From NCBI GenBank assembly GCA_965197475.1, contig CBDANF010000003.1:896001-960000 (forward strand): DNA of 64,000 nt, written 5' to 3'. A program made the position numbers and the translations under genes. The notes beneath the pieces were generated by a model. It was not told the origin of the DNA. It ran no database searches and saw only the letters and a list, made by a program, of their open reading frames with translations. This document shows, in pieces, positions 60,598 to 64,000 of the stretch; position 1 is the stretch's first letter, and the number at the start of each line of letters is the position of its first letter. The DNA is from Candidatus Poribacteria bacterium. GTDB lineage: Bacteria; Poribacteria; WGA-4E; WGA-3G.

Positions 60598-61380
60598 TTA
60601 CTGGAAAGCCAAAAGTAGATTTGAGTTGGACTCCTTCCAGTCGTAAATTCTTTTCTCGGCAATTTCAACATACCGTGGGTTGAGCTCAAACCCTAAATAG
60701 TGTCTGCCTTCCATCAATGCTGCTAAACATTCAGTCCCACTGCCAGCAAAAGGAACGAAAACCAAGTTGCCTTCCATAGAAAAATGTTTCACGATCCGCC
60801 TTGAAATTGACAAAGGTTTTTGGGTAGGATGATCCACCTTTTCATTTGCAAACCTGCGACCAGCTAGTGTTGGAAATTGCCAGACATCACCAGCTAACCT
60901 TCCTTCTGGATGCGGCTGCCACACCTTACCATTCTTACTAATCTTATGCTTTAGACGTTCCTGACTCTTATAAGGTTCGCGAATTGGTTTATATATAAAG
61001 TCGTTAGTTTTCGTCATCCAAAGAAGAGGTTCATAATGAGCAGCGGGTTTTTTAGTGTAGCCAGAAAAACCGTTTTCATAATTCCATATAAATAATCGAC
61101 CGTACTCCATTCCCATTTCCATTAAGTCAACCTGTAAATAACAAATATACTTATGGATACCATAGACAAATAAAGAACCATTTTCGCTCAAGACTCGATA
61201 GCATTCTTGTAACCATTGCTGACACCAGTCCCGCCAGACAGTTAAATCTTCAAAATATTGATTTATCCCGAAGTCTTTTCCTATATTATATGGCGGATCT
61301 GCTATAATTAATTCCGCAAATTGATCGGGGATTTTTTTTATAAGTTTAAGAGCATCGCCCTCAATAATCATATTTTTCAT
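60598..61380 (-). CDS. site-specific DNA methyltransferase (N6A/N4C, beta class)
   Basis: DPPY, HPTQKP, VPFAGSGT, GFELN; start set at MKNMIIEGD just after the upstream MTase stop. Confidence 0.93.
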   Translation of the reverse strand: MKNMIIEGDALKLIKKIPDQFAELIIADPPYNIGKDFGINQYFEDLTVWRDWCQQWLQECYRVLSENGSLFVYGIHKYICYLQVDLMEMGMEYGRLFIWNYENGFSGYTKKPAAHYEPLLWMTKTNDFIYKPIREPYKSQERLKHKISKNGKVWQPHPEGRLAGDVWQFPTLAGRRFANEKVDHPTQKPLSISRRIVKHFSMEGNLVFVPFAGSGTECLAALMEGRHYLGFELNPRYVEIAEKRIYDWKESNSNLLLAFQ

Positions 61381-61384
61381 ATTA

Positions 61385-62428
61385 CTAATGGAATACTTGA
61401 AATAACAGAATATACTGATGATGGATATTGGGAATATAACAAAACGGGTACCCGTACGGATAAAGTTTCTTATTAGGCTGTTCAAGCATTGAAACTCCAA
61501 TCAACTGAATTGTTTTATTACACAAATTCTGATATAAATCGGAATGAAATGGGTAAAATTTTGACCCATGGCGGAAGTCACTAACAACGATTGCCATATA
61601 ACGTTTATTTTCAATTTTAGCAGCAATTTTACGAAAGACATTTGTCAGTTCTTGCAAAAATTTTTCGTATTTCTCAATATTACCTAAATCACTTTGGTTG
61701 TCTGAATATTGGGTGGCTAAATTGTTTGAGAGTCTTTCTTCTTTTACTTTATGATCTCCATTTTTCGTTAAAATATTCCAGTATGGAGGGCTAGTGACCA
61801 TAAATTGGAATTGTTCATCTCTAAAATTGGAAAGAGCAGCACGAATGTCGTTGCAGACTACTTTTTGGTCATGGTCGGTTCCAATTTCTACAGCTAATCG
61901 TTCTTCTGCTAACTCTGCCCACGTGGAACTCAATTCTACACCTGTACCCTTCCGAGTAAGAATAGCACAAGCTTTCAAAGTGGATCCAACCCCACAAAAT
62001 GGATCAAGAACTTGTTCATCACTTTTTGTGAAAAAACGAATTAATCGCCCGACATCTTGATACGAGAAAGGCGCAGGATGAAGTTTCTCATAGAAGGTAT
62101 GAGGGTGCCCTTTTCCTAATCCCTTCTGTCTCCAGCTAGATTTTGTTTCCTGAATCCATACTCTTCCGGGTAAATCGTTAAGGTGATTCTGATTAGAGTA
62201 CTTATCGTCAGACCTGGTCTCAATATACAAAGTATGTTTTGCTTCATCACGGCAAACTTTGCTCATCGCCAAAGCAATTTTTGAGACAGGTACCCCAAAT
62301 TCCCGCACAGCTTTAAGGTTTTTTACCGATACATGTGTATCAAATAATTCAAGTTGAGTGTCTTTAACATAATCTGCTGCGTTAACTGAAGAAACATCAC
62401 TTGGAAATATAGTTCCCGAAGTATTCAT
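61385..62428 (-). CDS. DNA methyltransferase (probably N4-cytosine)
   Basis: HPAPF, LDPFCGVGST, TSPPY. Confidence 0.9.
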   Translation of the reverse strand: MNTSGTIFPSDVSSVNAADYVKDTQLELFDTHVSVKNLKAVREFGVPVSKIALAMSKVCRDEAKHTLYIETRSDDKYSNQNHLNDLPGRVWIQETKSSWRQKGLGKGHPHTFYEKLHPAPFSYQDVGRLIRFFTKSDEQVLDPFCGVGSTLKACAILTRKGTGVELSSTWAELAEERLAVEIGTDHDQKVVCNDIRAALSNFRDEQFQFMVTSPPYWNILTKNGDHKVKEERLSNNLATQYSDNQSDLGNIEKYEKFLQELTNVFRKIAAKIENKRYMAIVVSDFRHGSKFYPFHSDLYQNLCNKTIQLIGVSMLEQPNKKLYPYGYPFCYIPNIHHQYILLFQVFH

Positions 62429-62600
62429 TCATTTGTCCTCGTCTTGCTCTAAAATGCTTATGTTAAAATCCATGATGCTAAGCACTCACTGTTTACAGAT
62501 AACAAAAGTTTGTAAACTATTATAGACAAATTGGTAAACATACACGTACTTACACGACATTCTATTATACCATAAGTACTACATCCATACCATAAAAAAA

Positions 62601-63374
62601 TCATCTGTCCAATAGAGATTTGCCCCGAAACCATAGGAATAATAAAATGAATACGATTGAATTCACTAACAACATCGTTGAAATAGCGTTCAGTTCAGGT
62701 GTGATACCGAACTTAAGGCTTGAATATATATGCACTGACAGCGTTGTATATCCAACGCCAGCGGTAAAGAAAGTAATCACAAAGTCGTCTATTGAGAGCG
62801 TGAAAGCGAGCAGTGCGCCGCCGATAATCCCTGGTGTGATGAGCGGAAAAGTTATCTGCCAGAAAGCGTGCCATTCGTTAGCACCAAGATCAAGTGCTGC
62901 CTCCTCTATCGTGTCATCATAACCTTGTAAACGGGCACGGACTACTATTGTAATGTATGCGATATTAAAAACTACATGTGCAAGAATTACCGATGTTAAA
63001 CCTAACGGAATTTTGACCTGCACATAAAACGTCAGCAATGCTATCGCTAAAACGATATCTGGAATAATTAGCGGTAGATAGAGTGATCGAATTAAGGTAT
63101 TGCGTAACCGAAACCGATATTTTTCTATTGCGAGTGCTGCTGCTGTTCCGATGACTGTTGAGATGAATGTCGCGACACATGCAATAACCAAACTATTTCT
63201 GCACGCGCGCCAAACATCCGGATTCTTAAACAGTTTTGCATACCATCCAAGCGAGAACCCTTCCCAAACTGCAATCTGATCTCCACTATTGAATGAGAAC
63301 ACAACAACGACTAAGATCGGAACATAGAGAAAGAGAAAAACCAATACGATGTTGATTTCAAGAAGTCGTTTCAT
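62601..63374 (-). CDS. potC: spermidine/putrescine ABC transporter permease
   Basis: FLYVPI..FSFN, EEAALDLGA, FTLSIDDF, GITPELNA. Confidence 0.9.
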   Translation of the reverse strand: MKRLLEINIVLVFLFLYVPILVVVVFSFNSGDQIAVWEGFSLGWYAKLFKNPDVWRACRNSLVIACVATFISTVIGTAAALAIEKYRFRLRNTLIRSLYLPLIIPDIVLAIALLTFYVQVKIPLGLTSVILAHVVFNIAYITIVVRARLQGYDDTIEEAALDLGANEWHAFWQITFPLITPGIIGGALLAFTLSIDDFVITFFTAGVGYTTLSVHIYSSLKFGITPELNAISTMLLVNSIVFILLFLWFRGKSLLDR

Positions 63375-63417
63375 TCTTCTTCACTAAACGGTAGTAGCCG
63401 TGAGATAGTCACATCTT

Positions 63418-64000
63418 CTAAGTTTCTGCAGATTCACTGCCTTGCAAAGCACGGAAATATAGCACTGTTCCTGCAAGTACTATACCCATAAGCATAAATG
63501 AGAGTGCAGACCCAAACGGAAAGTCTCGCGCTGTTCTAAATTGTCTTTCAATCACATTTCCGATAAAACTCACCTTTCCGCCACCAAGGATATCTGGCGT
63601 TAGAAATGCACCGACCGTCGGAATAAAAACTAACATTGATCCTGCAAGGATACCGGGAAGGCTTAGCGGTAAGGTTATGTGCCAAAAGGCATGCCGTGGC
63701 GATGCTCCCAAATCTTTCGCTGCATCTATCAGAGACAAATCCAGTTGCTCCAATGCTGCGTATAGCGGCAGAATCATAAACGGCAGATAACCGTAAACCA
63801 ATCCTATCTGCACTGCGAAAGGTGTATTGAGTAGTTCAAGCGGTTGAAAACCTGGAATTAGAAGGGCTAAAAAACTGTTTAGAAGACCTTCGGTGCGTAA
63901 AATCAGTATCCACGCGTAGGTGCGGATGAGGAAGTTTATCCAAAACGGCACAACCACGAGCAGTAACAACACATTTCGCCATATTGGTCTGTAGCATGCC
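63418..64000 (-). CDS. potB: spermidine/putrescine ABC transporter permease (5' part outside window)
   Basis: PFWINFLIRTYAW, YLPFMILPLY, DAAKDLGA, RDFPFGSA. Confidence 0.9.
   Translation of the reverse strand, partial: ACYRPIWRNVLLLLVVVPFWINFLIRTYAWILILRTEGLLNSFLALLIPGFQPLELLNTPFAVQIGLVYGYLPFMILPLYAALEQLDLSLIDAAKDLGASPRHAFWHITLPLSLPGILAGSMLVFIPTVGAFLTPDILGGGKVSFIGNVIERQFRTARDFPFGSALSFMLMGIVLAGTVLYFRALQGSESAET

Larger units (their letters stand above)
57269..60618 (+). pseudogene. ferredoxin (2x 4Fe-4S)-nuclease fusion, interrupted by IS1595 element B
   Basis: ATG 57269 MVSSNYRILKQKKTSKRLKTIAKD joins in frame to IIPISIEWGE after removing the element and one TSD; CIHCMNPPC..CP, CIFCGICVSRCP. 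Confidence 0.85.

Noticed and set aside
649-63307. Numerous short antisense or alternate-frame ORFs in the track
   Set aside because: They shadow well-supported genes and show no motifs or RBS

Overview
A 64-kb window from an AT-rich bacterium, most likely Candidatus Poribacteria. This is an inference from a C-terminal 'V..YGKLPIMWGNLK' tail, a 'FWYVKSP..SG.GT...D.G.G' secreted domain and planctomycete-type DUF1501/DUF1549 genes. Left to right: (1) a 15.5-kb minus-strand respiratory operon (Rieske, split b6-type cytochrome b, octaheme cytochrome c, orphan CydA-like 'bd-like' subunit, several c-type cytochromes including an EB_dh/NxrC-like one, two cupredoxins, ABC transporter); (2) a frameshifted DNA methyltransferase and a PPC-domain protein; (3) 13 intact tandem, mosaic WG-repeat genes directly downstream of an IS630-truncated gene with an Ntox37-like toxin tip; (4) DUF1501, DUF1549/DUF1553 and sulfatase genes, plus a cytochrome c-WD40 gene whose apparent TGA stop lies in a GMT-U-GAC HMA motif followed by a SECIS-like hairpin (candidate selenoprotein); (5) an IS-damaged region (TroA, Doc, TPR and DUF4282 remnants) with three IS1595-family elements; (6) housekeeping genes (aldolase, ceramidase-like, alr); (7) a restriction-modification-like island with two paralogous PD-(D/E)xK subunits, one fused to a ferredoxin domain, and two methyltransferases; (8) potCB. 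The two long IS1595 elements carry different cargo genes, but share a promoter-proximal RNA structure conserved in shape and not in sequence, a 43-nt inter-cargo spacer and an apparent antisense control of the transposase. All family assignments are from motif recognition by eye; no searches were run.
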